Of a DNA stretch of 64,000 nucleotides, positions 10,531 through 23,700 are shown piece after piece. Numbering within the stretch: the first letter of the stretch is position 1; each line of letters begins with the position of its first letter. This stretch comes from an uncultured Spirochaetota bacterium (GTDB lineage Bacteria > Spirochaetota > UBA4802 > UBA5550). The notes under the pieces are model-generated. The model did no database searches. It saw nothing but the letters and a program-made list of their open reading frames with translations, and was not told the origin of the DNA. The stretch spans positions 256,001-320,000 of the forward strand of contig CAWHAA010000007.1 of NCBI GenBank assembly GCA_963827275.1. The letters are read 5' to 3'. Position numbers and translations under genes: made by a program.

Positions 10531-13500
10531 TTATTCGATTTTTCGGATGCAGTGGTTACCAAGATCAATTAAATAAAGGTAGTTGCCATTTATAGTGATG
10601 CCAACTGGGGCCCAAAATCTCGCAGCATTACCTATTCCGTCATCTGAAGCATAAGTACCTGCGAGTCCGGCAACTGTGCTAACCTCTCCCGTGGCTATAA
10701 CTATCTTTCTTAAAGTATTATTGTTATGGTCAGCCACGTAGAGATTAATCCCATCACTCACGATTCCAGTGGGATGGTTAAATAATGCTGCACTCCCGAT
10801 TCCATCTGTTGATCCTGCAGTACCCGCCATCCCGGCAATGGTGGTAACCTCATTAGTGACGATCACTACTTTGCGGATGGTGTGATTTAATGTGTCAGCC
10901 ACAAACAGATTAGTACCGTCAGTGGTTATACCCAGTGAGCCTCGAAATCGTGCGGTCGTGCCAATGCCATCGGCAGAACCAGATACACTTGATCCAGCGA
11001 TAGTTGTCACCTGGCCTGTTGCAATCACTACCTTGCGAATTGTATTGTTGTCAGCCACGTAAAGATTATCGCCGTCAATCGTTATGCCCCTAAATGATCT
11101 GAATCTTGCCGCACTCCCGATACCATCATTATATCCATAAGTACCTGCCAAACCGGCAAGGGTCGTGACTTCGGCAGTAGCGATTACTATTTTGCGTAAG
11201 GTATAGTTCAATGAATCCGCCACATAAAGATTCTTCCCGTCAGTAATGATTCCTTGAGGAGCAGTAAATTGAGCCTCACTGCCAATCCCGTCGCTTGATC
11301 CAGAAGATCCTGCAGTACCTGCAAGCGTCGTCACCTCGCCTGTAGCTATCATTATCTTGCGTATTGCATGGTTGTTTGTGTCAGCCACATAGAGATTTTT
11401 TCCATCGGTAGTAATGTCATACGGGCTATTAAACCTCGCAGAAATCCCGATTCCGTCCGCTGTTCCACTAGTTTTTGACATGCCTGAATATGTGGTAACT
11501 TCCCCGGTAGTTATTAAAATTTTCCTTATTGTATTATTGGATGTGTCAGCCACGTAGAGATTGGTGCCGTCAGTAGTTATTTTCGATGGTTGATTAAACA
11601 GTGCAGCGTTTACGGTTCCGTCCGTTGATCCGATAGTGCCCGAAAACCCGGCGATAGTGGTCACAAAACCTGAGATAATATTTATCGTACGAATCGTGTG
11701 GTTTTGAGTGTCAGGAATATATAGATTGATTCCATCAGTTGTTATCCCATTGGGTTGATAGAAACGTGCCGTAGATCCTATTCCGTCCGTCGATCCACTA
11801 CTACCAGCCAGGCCGGCAAGAGTGCTGACTTCACTGGTGGCTATCACTATCTTTCGTATTGTATGATTTTCTGTGTCAGCCACGTAGAGATTGGTTCCAT
11901 CGGTAGTGATGCCTCTTGGTCCATATAAACGTGCTGTTGTTCCTGTTCCGTCCGTCGATCCACTAATACGAGCTTGACCGGCAAGTGTTGTGACCTCACT
12001 GGTGGCTATCACTATCTTACGGATTGTAAAATTACCTGTATCAGCGACGTATAGATTAGTACCATCAGTTGTGATCCCTCTAGGAACATTGAATCTAGCC
12101 TCACTCCCTATTCCGTCTGCATATCCTGAAGTACCACCACCGGCGAAGGTAGTGACCTCACCAGTGGCGATAACGAGCTTGCGGATTTTATTGTTTGCCA
12201 GGTCAGCTATATAAAGATTTATTCCGTCAGTTGTTATATCCCAGGGGTAGAAAAAGCGAGCAGCAGTTCCTATTCCGTCCGTCGATCCATTAATGCCAAC
12301 TTGGCCGGCAATAGTTGTGACTTCACCTGTGTTAATAACTATCTTTCGTATTGTATGATTGTTTGAGTCAGCCACATAAATGTTGTCGCCATCATTGGTC
12401 ATGCCATTAGGATAATTAAACTTCGCCATGACTCCAATACCATCCGAATAGCCTTTACCGCCGATACTTCCTGCAAAATGGCTTACAATACTTTGTATAT
12501 CTAATGTTACCTTAACAATGATTGTATAATTTTTAGTACTTCCATCCTCCGCGATTACCGTATATACCAGAAGGTTGGTGAAATCATTGGCCGTGACCCC
12601 GCTCTGCTGTAACACTCCACCGACAGTAATGCTTGTGCCGTTTGTTGAGAATATAGCGATAAGGGATCCTGTATCAATCCCGGTTGGCAATGTAAGTGAT
12701 ATAGTATTGCTATTAATTGTACCAATTACTCCATTGATCGAAAATGATGTAATATCTTTCAAGGGACTCAGCATCCTCACCCGCACCGTGTAATCCTGCG
12801 TCGATCCGTCCTCGGCCGTGACCCGGTAGACCACCGGGTCGGTGAAGTCGTTCGCGGACACGCCGCTCTCCTGGACGTCGCCATCAACGGTGACGCCCGT
12901 GCCGCTTGTGGTGAATGCTGCCACCAGTCCTGTCACGTCCGTGCCCCAGGGGAGCGTCACGGTGATAAAGGGATAGGCGATCACGCCGGCGGTCCCGTTT
13001 ATAGAGAATGCCGTCATCTCCTTGGCCCGGCTCTGCACGTACACGTTCTGCGTGTCGGTCGAATAGGCGAGGGAGGCGGTCACCACGCCGGGGCCGTGAC
13101 ACCCGGTGGTGTCAAGGACGCCGTCCGGGTCCATGAAGCCTATGGAGGCGTCCGCCGACCATACCGGTAGCACCGGGATGGTGTTCCCGTACCCGTCGCG
13201 GCCGATCACGTCAAAAGCGTACGAAGTGCCTTCGCTGACGGCCAGGTCGCCCGGTATGGAAATGCCGTTAGTGTTGAGGACCTCGATCGATTCGAGCTCT
13301 CCCGTGTAAATGTTGATGGATGCTATCGCGCTCTCGCCGTCAAACCCGGCAACGAGCTGGTCTGGCGTACCTGCCGGTGTCCGGGTGATGGCCCTGAGCA
13401 GAATGCCCTGCGCGAAGCGGTTCGTGAGCGCGGCGCCTCCGTATGCCATGGTGAAGGTCTCGGGAACGAGGCTGAAAGCGGTGCCGTTGTTGTCCACGCC

Positions 13501-14496
13501 GCGCACCAGCAGGAAGCGCTCGAACCCGGCGGTTATGTCCAGCGTTGCCGGGTTGATGTTCGCGCTGCCTGCCTCGTAGGTGCGGGTCACGTCGTATCTC
13601 CTGGTCCCCGATGCCTGGACCGCGCCCAGGTTGTCGGTCGCCTCGATTCGGTACTCGATGTCGTTGCCGGCGCCGATGTCGGCGGCGGTGAGGAATGAGG
13701 CCGGTATCAGGTAACCGTAGGTGTGGAGCGTTGCCTGCGGGTTGGCCTCTTTCGTCATGCGTGCTTCCTGCCACACGCCCGCGCCGGCGCCGTGGAGCTT
13801 CCGGTACCGGAGCGTGACCCCGGCAACGGCGCCGTCATAGTCCCTGACCGTGGCGCGCACGTAGATCGGCGCGCCCGCCCTTATTGTGGTTGGCCAGGGC
13901 GCCTGGAGCCCCACGTACGGCTCGTTGTTGGTCGGGAGCAGGGCCTGCGCCATTGGCAGGTACACGGTGAAGTGCTCGATCAGGGCGGTGACCCTGTTGT
14001 GCGCTGTGTCAACGATGCTGTTGACCGGCACGTAGCATTTCAGGTCTTCATCGTAATAGCAAATCTGTATTGTCTCAGGGCTGAGGCCCAGCCGGGCCAG
14101 CTCCGCGCTGTCGTAGTACATCTCGAGCACCGCCGGCTCGCCCAGGTCAAAGCCGGTGCCTTTCGGCAGGAACCGGTACGCCTGGCCGAAGGAGGTGAGC
14201 CCGTCAGCGTCGCCCGCGGGGATGTCGCCTGTTCTTTCTATGGATATGGTCAGGTCGTCCGCAAGGGCCTCTGCAGGGACCGTGAGGGTCAGCTCATCGT
14301 TCAGCTGAACAACGCCGCCGGCCTCGGCCGTGATGAGGGTGCTGCCGCCCTTGTCGCCTCCCGCGCCGAGGAATAGCGCGCCCAGCATGGAATTGTTCGA
14401 TTGCTGCCCGCAGCCCGGCAGGAGGAGCAGGGAGAGTGTACAGAGCGTCATAACGATTGCCGCGGCCGTATTCCTGGCAGAATTAGCTGTTTTCAT
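10531..14496 (-). CDS. Large surface lipoprotein: ZU5-like/Ig-like N region, two cadherin-like beta-sandwiches, 12 NHL repeats
   Basis: Lipobox LLPGC; GGGAGG RBS before ATG 14496; two VYxVxAEDGST domains; 12 copies of FxxPxGITTDGxNLYVADxxNxTIRKI. Confidence 0.85.
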   Translation of the reverse strand: MKTANSARNTAAAIVMTLCTLSLLLLPGCGQQSNNSMLGALFLGAGGDKGGSTLITAEAGGVVQLNDELTLTVPAEALADDLTISIERTGDIPAGDADGLTSFGQAYRFLPKGTGFDLGEPAVLEMYYDSAELARLGLSPETIQICYYDEDLKCYVPVNSIVDTAHNRVTALIEHFTVYLPMAQALLPTNNEPYVGLQAPWPTTIRAGAPIYVRATVRDYDGAVAGVTLRYRKLHGAGAGVWQEARMTKEANPQATLHTYGYLIPASFLTAADIGAGNDIEYRIEATDNLGAVQASGTRRYDVTRTYEAGSANINPATLDITAGFERFLLVRGVDNNGTAFSLVPETFTMAYGGAALTNRFAQGILLRAITRTPAGTPDQLVAGFDGESAIASINIYTGELESIEVLNTNGISIPGDLAVSEGTSYAFDVIGRDGYGNTIPVLPVWSADASIGFMDPDGVLDTTGCHGPGVVTASLAYSTDTQNVYVQSRAKEMTAFSINGTAGVIAYPFITVTLPWGTDVTGLVAAFTTSGTGVTVDGDVQESGVSANDFTDPVVYRVTAEDGSTQDYTVRVRMLSPLKDITSFSINGVIGTINSNTISLTLPTGIDTGSLIAIFSTNGTSITVGGVLQQSGVTANDFTNLLVYTVIAEDGSTKNYTIIVKVTLDIQSIVSHFAGSIGGKGYSDGIGVMAKFNYPNGMTNDGDNIYVADSNNHTIRKIVINTGEVTTIAGQVGINGSTDGIGTAARFFYPWDITTDGINLYIADLANNKIRKLVIATGEVTTFAGGGTSGYADGIGSEARFNVPRGITTDGTNLYVADTGNFTIRKIVIATSEVTTLAGQARISGSTDGTGTTARLYGPRGITTDGTNLYVADTENHTIRKIVIATSEVSTLAGLAGSSGSTDGIGSTARFYQPNGITTDGINLYIPDTQNHTIRTINIISGFVTTIAGFSGTIGSTDGTVNAALFNQPSKITTDGTNLYVADTSNNTIRKILITTGEVTTYSGMSKTSGTADGIGISARFNSPYDITTDGKNLYVADTNNHAIRKIMIATGEVTTLAGTAGSSGSSDGIGSEAQFTAPQGIITDGKNLYVADSLNYTLRKIVIATAEVTTLAGLAGTYGYNDGIGSAARFRSFRGITIDGDNLYVADNNTIRKVVIATGQVTTIAGSSVSGSADGIGTTARFRGSLGITTDGTNLFVADTLNHTIRKVVIVTNEVTTIAGMAGTAGSTDGIGSAALFNHPTGIVSDGINLYVADHNNNTLRKIVIATGEVSTVAGLAGTYASDDGIGNAARFWAPVGITINGNYLYLIDLGNHCIRKIE

Positions 14497-14709
14497 AAAA
14501 AACCTCCCCATGGATAATGAGCAAGGAGCTCACCGGTAATAGAAACAGGGGCTGGAACATGCCCTTCAGGATAATGATTGGATGCAATGGAAAAATGTGT
14601 TATGTGGATTAATAATTACAATGTGGTTTAAAATCAAGGATTATTTCAAAATCCAGCCAGGCTCTTTTTTGATCCGATCAGAAATTGGCTGCAGGTATGG
14701 CGAGGGGAT

Positions 14710-14740
14710 AAAAAAGGGCGCGGTCCGATGGACCGCGCCC
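14710..14740 (-). terminator. Rho-independent terminator of the giant lipoprotein gene
   Basis: GGGCGCGGTCC-gat-GGACCGCGCCC with an A6 run on its left (U tract on the minus strand), just past the stop at 14754. Confidence 0.85.
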
Positions 14741-14753
14741 CGGGGGTTCTATG

Positions 14754-17700
14754 TTATCTGGCCGGGAAGCAGTGGGCGCCCGGACCGGCGGTGTAACCGC
14801 CTGGCAGGCTGTCTGATCCATCATAAATGAAGCTCATGGTAAACGGATCGAATATCGTCGTCTCTGATTGGTAAGCACCATGTACTATCATGTACATTCC
14901 TTTATAGGTGCCGCCTGTTATTGGAAACGCGAATGCCCCTTCACCTATATGATATCCATTGGTAAATGACGGTCCATCAGCGATTGTTCCAATCCCTGAA
15001 TCCGGAGAGTAGATGGATGTGGTATATTCATCGCCGCCGTGCACAATGAGCACTTGACCGGCGTACGTACCACTTTTAATCGGTATGCTGAATGACCCTG
15101 TTTTCGGGGTGTTTGCGGATGGGATATTCGGCCCGGAAGTAATTGTCGGTGTCGAAGTCGGCTCAAAGAGCCAGGTGCGAGCGGATCCGCCTTCGATGAT
15201 CAACATCCATCCGGCATAAGCTCCTGAGGTAAGTTTGACACAATGACCACCGTCACCGATACTCGCAGTGCCATCTATCATATATGTTGGCGAGAGCGTT
15301 CCCGCGCTCTGGTTAAATACCTGGTAAGTATAGTTGTTATTGCCGTGAACGATTACCAGATTGTTGTCAAGGTTCTTGAAAATGAAGGACCCAGATCCTA
15401 TGCCCGGACTGAATGTATACCCGAAACTATTGAACGAACCCGGCATATCCGGATCAAACCGCCTCATCCCTGGGCTGCCGCCGCCGTTTATGACAATGAA
15501 GTCGTTGGGATATGCGCCGCCTTCCATCATGAAAGAGTGCGCGCCATATGAAATGACAGCGCCCGTTCCCGCTGAGTAGTTCGTTATCGAAGGGCCGCTC
15601 GGATCGTACAGGGTGGCGCCCATCCCGCCGCCGTAATTGCCGTGTATAACCATGTATTGGTTGGCATAGGTCCCACTGGGTATCCGGAAGCTGTGGGCGC
15701 CAGATGATACACCGTTTGACATTGAAAGAAAGTCATCACTGAAGGTATTGTCAATCGGATTGTATACGGATGTTGACCCGTTACCGCCGCCATGAACAAC
15801 CCTGAGCGGCATCACGCCAGCCCCGATCAGGTGGATCACATACGGGTTCTCATCCGGGTCGTCGTTCGGAATCTCGATGACCGCAGAGCGCAGACCTTCG
15901 CCGCCGGGCGTGAACGTGACGTCAAAGGTGCAGGTGCCGTTGCCGTACGCGACGGGCCCTCCATAGCTGGTCGTATCGAGAGTATAATCACCATCGTGCA
16001 CGCCGGATAATATCGGGAAATTCGGATTTAGATCGGCGCCGGTCCCGAAATTTTCCACCGTGAAGGTCACGGTGACGCCTGAGCCCCCGATCAGTTCGTC
16101 GCCGAAATCGAACCAGGTGTCCGACGGATAGTATTGCGAATCGGCCTCGATGTTGATGTCCGGGACCGGCGACGAGACAGAGCCGCCGTTGAGGTTGAGC
16201 GTATAGGGCTCAGTATTGGAATTGATGGTGAGCACGGTCGAGTATGGCCCGGTGTCGCCCGGGGCAGCGAAGGTGACGGTGAATGTTTCCATGCCCGAAG
16301 GCGGAATCAGTGTAGTGGCCGGCCCGGAGACCACGAAGACAGTATTGTCCTCCGCATCCACCAACAGATCATAGATGTCAAGGTCGATGTAGCCGTTGTT
16401 GGTTATGGTGAAGGTGACTGGCCCGTTGATTTCGCCTGCACCGGCAAAGCCGAAATCGTACAGGCTGCCTGTCGGGTACTCCAGGCCGTCGATGGTGATA
16501 TCAAGGGTCGGGAGCGGACTCCCGTTGCCATGGCCGGTGAGGTTAATAATGTAATTATTTTCATACCCCGTGTCCGGGTCGTTTGAAGTGATGGTGAGAA
16601 CGTCATTCTCGGGTGACGAGGATAGCGGTCGGTACTCGACCGTGAAGGTCGTGGCGCCGCCGCCCGGTATGCTCATGGCACCGGGGCCGGTCACTGTGTA
16701 ACGGGTGCCATCTGCCAGGGATATGCCCGAGATCTCGAGGCCGCCGATGCCGCTGTTCACTATCGTGAACGTTGCCCGCGATACATCGGTATTCATCACC
16801 GTGTCGAATGTATAGGTGTCGCCCGACAGGTATTCCACCGCGCCGGACCTGACGTCGATATCCGGGACCGGTGCGGCGACGCCCTCACCGGTGAGCCCGA
16901 TGGTGTAGCTGCTCTCATCCAGGTCGGTGGAGGAGATATCCAGAAATACCTCGGGAGAGGTGCCAAAGGTGCCCGTCGTCTGAGGGGCGAAGGTGACGGT
17001 GATGGTGGTGCTGGTCCCCGCGTCAAGCTCAGCGAATTCCGGGCCGGGAACCGTGACCGAGAAGTTGGTCGTGTCCGAGACCCCCACCGAGACGAGGCTG
17101 AGCGTTCCCGTTCCCGCGTTCTCTACCGTGAAGGTGACCGACTTGGACTGGCCGACCTGCACCCTGCCGAAGTCATAGGTGCTGCCCGTAGCCGGGTAAT
17201 TGACTATACCCCTCCTGACGTTGATGTCCGGGCTCACATATTCTATGCTGTACTGCGGCGCGGCAATATTGGGATTGCCGGCCGTATCAGTGACGGCGCC
17301 GGCGTTGATATCCACGGTGACCGTGCCGTAGGCTGCTGGATAGATTTCCGCTGTGTAGTTGGCGCCGGAGCCCATGAGGTTGGACACGGAACCGTTAGTG
17401 ACGGTTATGCTTCCCGCATTGAAGCCGGTCACGTCTTCGCTGAAGGTGATAGTTATCGGTATGGGCGAGGTGCCGGTGGAGGCGCCCGGGCCGGTGATGG
17501 CCACGGTCGGCGCGACGGTGTCAACATAGGTTATGCTGTACTGCGGCGCGGCGGTATTAAGATTGGAGGCGGCATCCTGTGCGACGCCGGCGTTGATATC
17601 CACGGTAACGGTGCCGTAGGCGGCCGGAAAGATATCCGCCGTGTAGTTGGCGCCGAAGCCCATGAGGTTGGACACGGAACCGTTCGTGACGGTTATGCTT

Positions 17701-20700
17701 GCTGCATTGAAGCCGGTCACGTCTTCGCTGAAGGTGATAGTTATCGGTATGGGCGAGGTGCCGGTGGAGGCGCCCGGGCCGGTGATGGCCACGGTTGGCG
17801 CGACGGTGTCAACATAGGTTATGCTGTACTGCGGCGCGGCGGTATTAAGATTGGAGGCGGCATCCTGTGCGACGCCGGCGTTGATATCCACGGTAACGGT
17901 GCCGTAGGCGGCCGGAAAGATATCCGCCGTGTAGTTGGCGCCGAAGCCCATGAGGTTGGACACGGAACCGTTCGTGACGGTTATGCTTCCCGCATTGAAG
18001 CCGGTCACGGCTTCGCTGAAGGTGATAGTTATCGGTATGGGCGAGGTGCCGGTAGAGGCGCCTGGTCCGGTGATAGCCACGGTCGGCGCGACGGTGTCCA
18101 CATAGGTTATGGTATATTGCGGCGCGGCAATATTGGGATTGCCGGCCGTGTCAGTGACGGCGCCGGCGTTGATATCCACGGTGACCATGCCGTAGGCTGA
18201 CGGATAGATCTCCGCCGTGTAGTTGGCGCCGAAGCCCATGAGGTTGGACACGGAACCGTTCATGACGGTTATGCTTCCCGCATTGAAGCCGGTCACATCT
18301 TCGCTGAAGGTGATAGTTATCGGTATGGGCGAGGTGCCGGTAGAGGCGCCTGGTCCGGTGATAGCGACCGTCGGGGCGACGGTGTCCACATAGGTTATGC
18401 TGTACTGCGGCGCGGCAATATTGGGATTGCCGGCCGTGTCAGTGACGGCGCCGGCGTTGATATCCACGGTGACCATGCCGTAGGCTGACGGATAGATCTC
18501 CGCCGTGTAGTTGGCGCCGGAGCCCATGAGATTGGACACTGTGCCGTTGGAAGTGATATCGGCCGCATTGAAGCCGGTCACGTCTTCGCTGAAAGTGATA
18601 GTTATCGGTATGGGCGAGGTGCCGGTAGAGGCGCCCGGGCCGGTGATGGCAACGGTCGGCGCTATCCCGTCAACGACAAAGTTTTTGTTGTCCGCCAGGT
18701 TGGTACCTGACGGCGGGGCCATGACTGCGTTGTTGCTGTAGGGGTCCTGCAGGGTGGCCGTGCCGATCAGCTCCATGCTCGCAACATTGAGATCGTTTGA
18801 TACATCGCCGGCTCCAACGGTATACGTGGCGTTCAGAGTGTTCACGTACGAGCCGGTTGGATTTATATCGACCGAAGCACCGCTGTCAAGATGGACCCGC
18901 AGCACGTCGTTCACGAAATATGCCGATTCACTCAAGGTCAGGGTGAAGGTTATTGTTTGGCCTGCCCTGAAGTATCCATCCGAGAGGCCCGAGGTTATAG
19001 TGGTTATGCGCGGGCCAGCGGTGTCCGTATGTACAGTTATTCCGGTGCTCGGCACCATCTCGTTACCGTTCATATCCTGGAATCCGCTGATATTGTAATA
19101 ACTGTTTTCTTCAATATCCTCGTTATTCAGGGTAAAGCTCCCTGTCCAGGTGTTGTTTGAAGGCTCTGCGTTCATGCTGCCTGATATATTGTAGGTTGTT
19201 CCATTTAACGTCAATGTTGGCGTGGGCGCAGGTATGGCGTTCATGGGTTCGCTGAAGGTGATGGTTACTGTGACGACCTGTCCTCTGTTGAAACCGGTCA
19301 GGAACGTTGGCGTTGCGCTGAGAGCTGTCGGCTGTTCGGTATCCACATAGGTTATGCTGTACTGCGGCGCGGCAATATTGAGATTGCCGGCTGTGTCAGT
19401 GACGGCGCCGGCGTTGATATCCACGGTGACCGTGCCATAGGCTGCCGGATAGATTTCCGCCGTGTAGTTGGCACCGAAGCCCATGAGGTTGGACACGGAA
19501 CCGTTAGTGACGGTTATGCTTCCCGCATTGAAGCCGGTCACGTCTTCGCTGAAGGTGATAGTTATCGGTATGGGCGAGGTGCCGGTAGAGGCGCCTGGTC
19601 CGGTGATAGCGACCGTCGGGGCGACGGTGTCCACATAGTTTATGCTGTACTGCGGCGCGGCAATATTGGGATTGCCGGCCGTGTCAGTGACGGCGCCGGC
19701 GTTGATATCCACGGTGACCATGCCGTAGGCGGCCGGATAGATCTCCGCCGTGTAGTTGGCGCCGAAGCCCATGAGGTTGGACACGGAACCGTTTGTGACG
19801 GTTATGCTTCCCGCATTGAAGCCGGTCACGTCTTCGCTGAAGGTGATAGTTATCGGTATGGGCGAGGTGCCGGTAGAGGCGCCTGGTCCGGTGATAGCGA
19901 CCGTCGGGGCGACGGTGTCCACATAGGTTATGCTGTACTGCGGCGCGGCAATATTGGGATTGCCGGCCGTGTCAGTGACGGCGCCGGCGTTGATATCCAC
20001 GGTGACCATGCCGTAGGCGGCCGGATAGATCTCCGCCGTGTAGTTGGCGCCGAAGCCCATGAGATTGGACACGGTGCCGTTGTGACGGTTATGCTTGCCG
20101 CATTGAAGCCGGTCACGTCTTCGCTGAAGGTGATAGTTATCGGTATGGGCGAGGTGCCGGTGGAGGCGCCCGGGCCGGTGATGGCCACGGTCGGCGCGAC
20201 GGTATCAACATAGGTTATGCTGTACTGCGGCGCGGCGGTATTAAGATTGGAGGCGGCATCCTGTGCGACGCCGGCGTTGATGTCCACGGTAACGGTGCCG
20301 TAGGCGGCCGGATAGATCTCCGCCGTGTAGTTGGCGCCGAAGCCCATGAGGTTGGACACGGTGCCGTTCGTGACGGTTATGCTTCCCGCATTGAAGCCGG
20401 TCACGTCTTCGCTGAAGGTGATAGTTATCGGTATGGGCGAGGTGCCGGTAGAGGCGCCCGGTCCGGTGATGGCGACGGTCGGCGCGACGGTGTCAACATA
20501 GGTTATGCTGTACTGCGGCGCGGCGGTATTAAGATTGGAGGCCGCATCCTGTGCGACGCCGGCGTTGATGTCCACGGTAACGGTGCCGTAAGCGGCCGGA
20601 TAGATTTCCGCCGTGTAGTTGGCGCCGAAGCCCATGAGGTTGGACACGGTACCGTTAGTGACGGTTATGCTTCCCGCATTGAAGCCGGTCACGTCTTCGC

Positions 20701-23700
20701 TGAAGGTGATAGTTATCGGTATGGGCGAGGTGCCGGTAGAGGCGCCCGGGCCGGTGATGGCCACGGTCGGCGCGACGGTGTCAACATAGGTTATGCTGTA
20801 CTGCGGCGCGGCGGTATTGGGATTGGCGGCCGCATCAGTGACGGCGCCGGCGTTGATGTCCACGGTAACGGTGCCATAGGCTGCCGGATAGATTTCCGCC
20901 GTGTAGTTGGCGCCGAAGCCCATGAGGTTGGACACGGAACCGTTCGTGACGGTTATGCTTCCCGCATTGAAGCCGGTCACGTCTTCGCTGAAGGTGATAG
21001 TTATCGGTATGGGCGAGGTGCCGGTGGAGGCGCCCGGGCCGGTGATGGCCACGGTCGGTGCGACGGTGTCAACATAGGTTATGCTGTACTGCGGCGCGGC
21101 GGTATTAAGATTGGAGGCCGCATCCTGTGCGACGCCGGCGTTGATGTCCACGGTAACGGTGCCGTAGGCGGCCGGAAAGATTTCCGCCGTGTAGTTGGCG
21201 CCGAAGCCCATGAGGTTGGACACGCTGCCGTTTGTGACGGTTATGCTTCCCGCATTGAAGCCGGTCACGTCTTCGCTGAAGGTGATAGTTATCGGTATGG
21301 GCGAGGTGCCGGTAGAGGCGCCCGGGCCGGTGATGGCCACGGTCGGCGCGACGGTGTCCACATAGGTTATGCTGTACTGCGGCGCGGCGGTATTAAGATT
21401 GGAGGCCGCATCCTGTGCGACGCCGGCGTTGATATCCACGGTAACGGTGCCGTAAGCGGCCGGATAGATATCCGCCGTGTAGTTGGCGCCGAAGCCCATG
21501 AGGTTGGACACGGAACCGTTTGTGACGGTTATGCTTGGCCGCATTGAAGCCGGTCACGTCTTCGCTGAAGGTGATCGTCACCGGGATAGGCGCAGTGCCG
21601 GTGGGATCGGGCGCCGCTGAGGTTATCGCTACCGTCGGCGGCACGATGTCGATGTAGGTTATGGAGAAGGTCGGTGCGGCAGTGTTCCAGTTCAAGGCGG
21701 CATCCTGCGCCGCATTGGCCGCAACGTCGACCGACACGGTCCCATACCCGGTCGGCGTGATGTTGGTGGTATAGACCGCGCCGGAACCAGCCAGGGTCCC
21801 CGCGGTCCCGTTCGTGACGGTTATATCGGTATTAATAAACCCGGTCACCGGCTCGCTGAAGGTGATCGTCACCGGGATAGGCGCAGTGCCGGTGGGATCG
21901 GGCGCCGCTGAGGTTATCGCTACCGTCGGCGGCACGATGTCGATGTAGGTTATGGAGAAGGTCGGTGCGGCAGTGTTCCAGTTCAAGGCGGCATCCTGCG
22001 CCGCATTGGCCGCAACGTCGACCGACACGGTCCCATACCCGGTCGGCGTGATGTTGGTGGTATAGACCGCGCCGGAACCAGCCAGGGTCCCCGCGGTCCC
22101 GTTCGTGACGGTTATATCGGTATTAATAAACCCGGTCACCGGCTCGCTGAAGGTGATCGTCACCGGGATAGGCGCAGTGCCGGTGGGATCGGGCGCCGCT
22201 GAGGTTATCGCTACCGTCGGCGGCACGATGTCGATGTAGGTTATGGAGAAGGTCGGTGCGGCAGTGTTCCAGTTCAAGGCGGCATCCTGCGCCGCATTGG
22301 CCGCAACGTCGACCGACACGGTCCCATACCCGGTCGGCGTGATGTTGGTGGTATAGACCGCGCCGGAACCAGCCAGGGTCCCCGCGGTCCCGTTCGTGAC
22401 GGTTATATCGGTATTAATAAACCCGGTCACCGGCTCGCTGAAGGTGATCGTCACCGGGATAGGCGCAGTGCCGGTGGGATCGGGCGCCGCTGAGGTTATC
22501 GCTACCGTCGGCGGCACGATGTCGATGTAGGTTATGGAGAAGGTCGGTGCGGCAGTGTTCCAGTTCAAGGCGGCATCCTGCGCCGCATTGGCCGCAACGT
22601 CGACCGACACGGTCCCATACCCGGTCGGCGTGATGTTGGTGGTATAGACCGCGCCGGAACCAGCCAGGGTCCCCGCGGTCCCGTTCGTGACGGTTATATC
22701 GGTATTAATAAACCCGGTCACCGGCTCGCTGAAGGTGATCGTCACCGGGATAGGCGCAGTGCCGGTGGGATCGGGCGCCGCTGAGGTTATCGCTACCGTC
22801 GGCGGCACGATGTCGATGTAGGTTATGGAGAAGGTCGGTGCGGCAGTGTTCCAGTTCAAGGCGGCATCCTGCGCCGCATTGGCCGCAACGTCGACCGACA
22901 CGGTCCCATACCCGGTCGGCGTGATGTTGGTGGTATAGACCGCGCCGGAACCAGCCAGGGTCCCCGCGGAACCGTTCGTGACGGTTATGCTTCCCGCATT
23001 GAAGCCGGTCACGTCTTCGCTGAAGGTGATAGTTATCGGTATGGGCGAGGTGCCGGTAGAGGCGCCCGGGCCGGTGATGGCCACGGTTGGCGCGACGGTG
23101 TCCACATAGGTTATGCTGTACTGCGGCGCGGCGGTATTTGGGTTGCCGGCCGTGTCAGTGACGGCGCCGGCGTTGATATCCACGGTGACCATGCCGTAGG
23201 CTGCCGGATAGATCTCCGCCGTGTAGTTGGCGCCGGAGCCCATGAGGTTGGACACGGAACCGTTTGTGACGGTTATGCTTCCCGCATTGAAGCCGGTCAC
23301 GTCTTCGCTGAAGGTGATAGTTATCGGTATGGGCGAGGTGCCGGTGGAGGCGCCCGGGCCGGTGATGGCAACGGTCGGTGCAACAGTATCAACATAGGTT
23401 ATGCTGTACTGCGGCGCGGCGGTATTAAGATTGGAGGCGGCATCCTGTGCGACGCCGGCGTTGATGTCCACGGTAACTGTGCCATAGGCTGCCGGATAGA
23501 TATCCGCCGTGTAGTTGGCGCCGAAGCCCATGAGGTTGGACACGGAACCGTTCGTGACGGTTATGCTTGCTGCATTGAAGCCGGTCACGTCTTCGCTGAA
23601 GGTGATAGTTATCGGTATGGGCGAGGCGCCGGTGGTGGCGCCCGGTCCGGTGATAGCCACGGTTGGTGCGATGGTGTCAACATAGGTTATGCTGTATTGC

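Noticed and set aside
10531..12460. NHL repeats as a diversity-generating retroelement target
   Set aside because: No reverse transcriptase and no template/variable repeat pair with adenine-specific differences was seen in the window.
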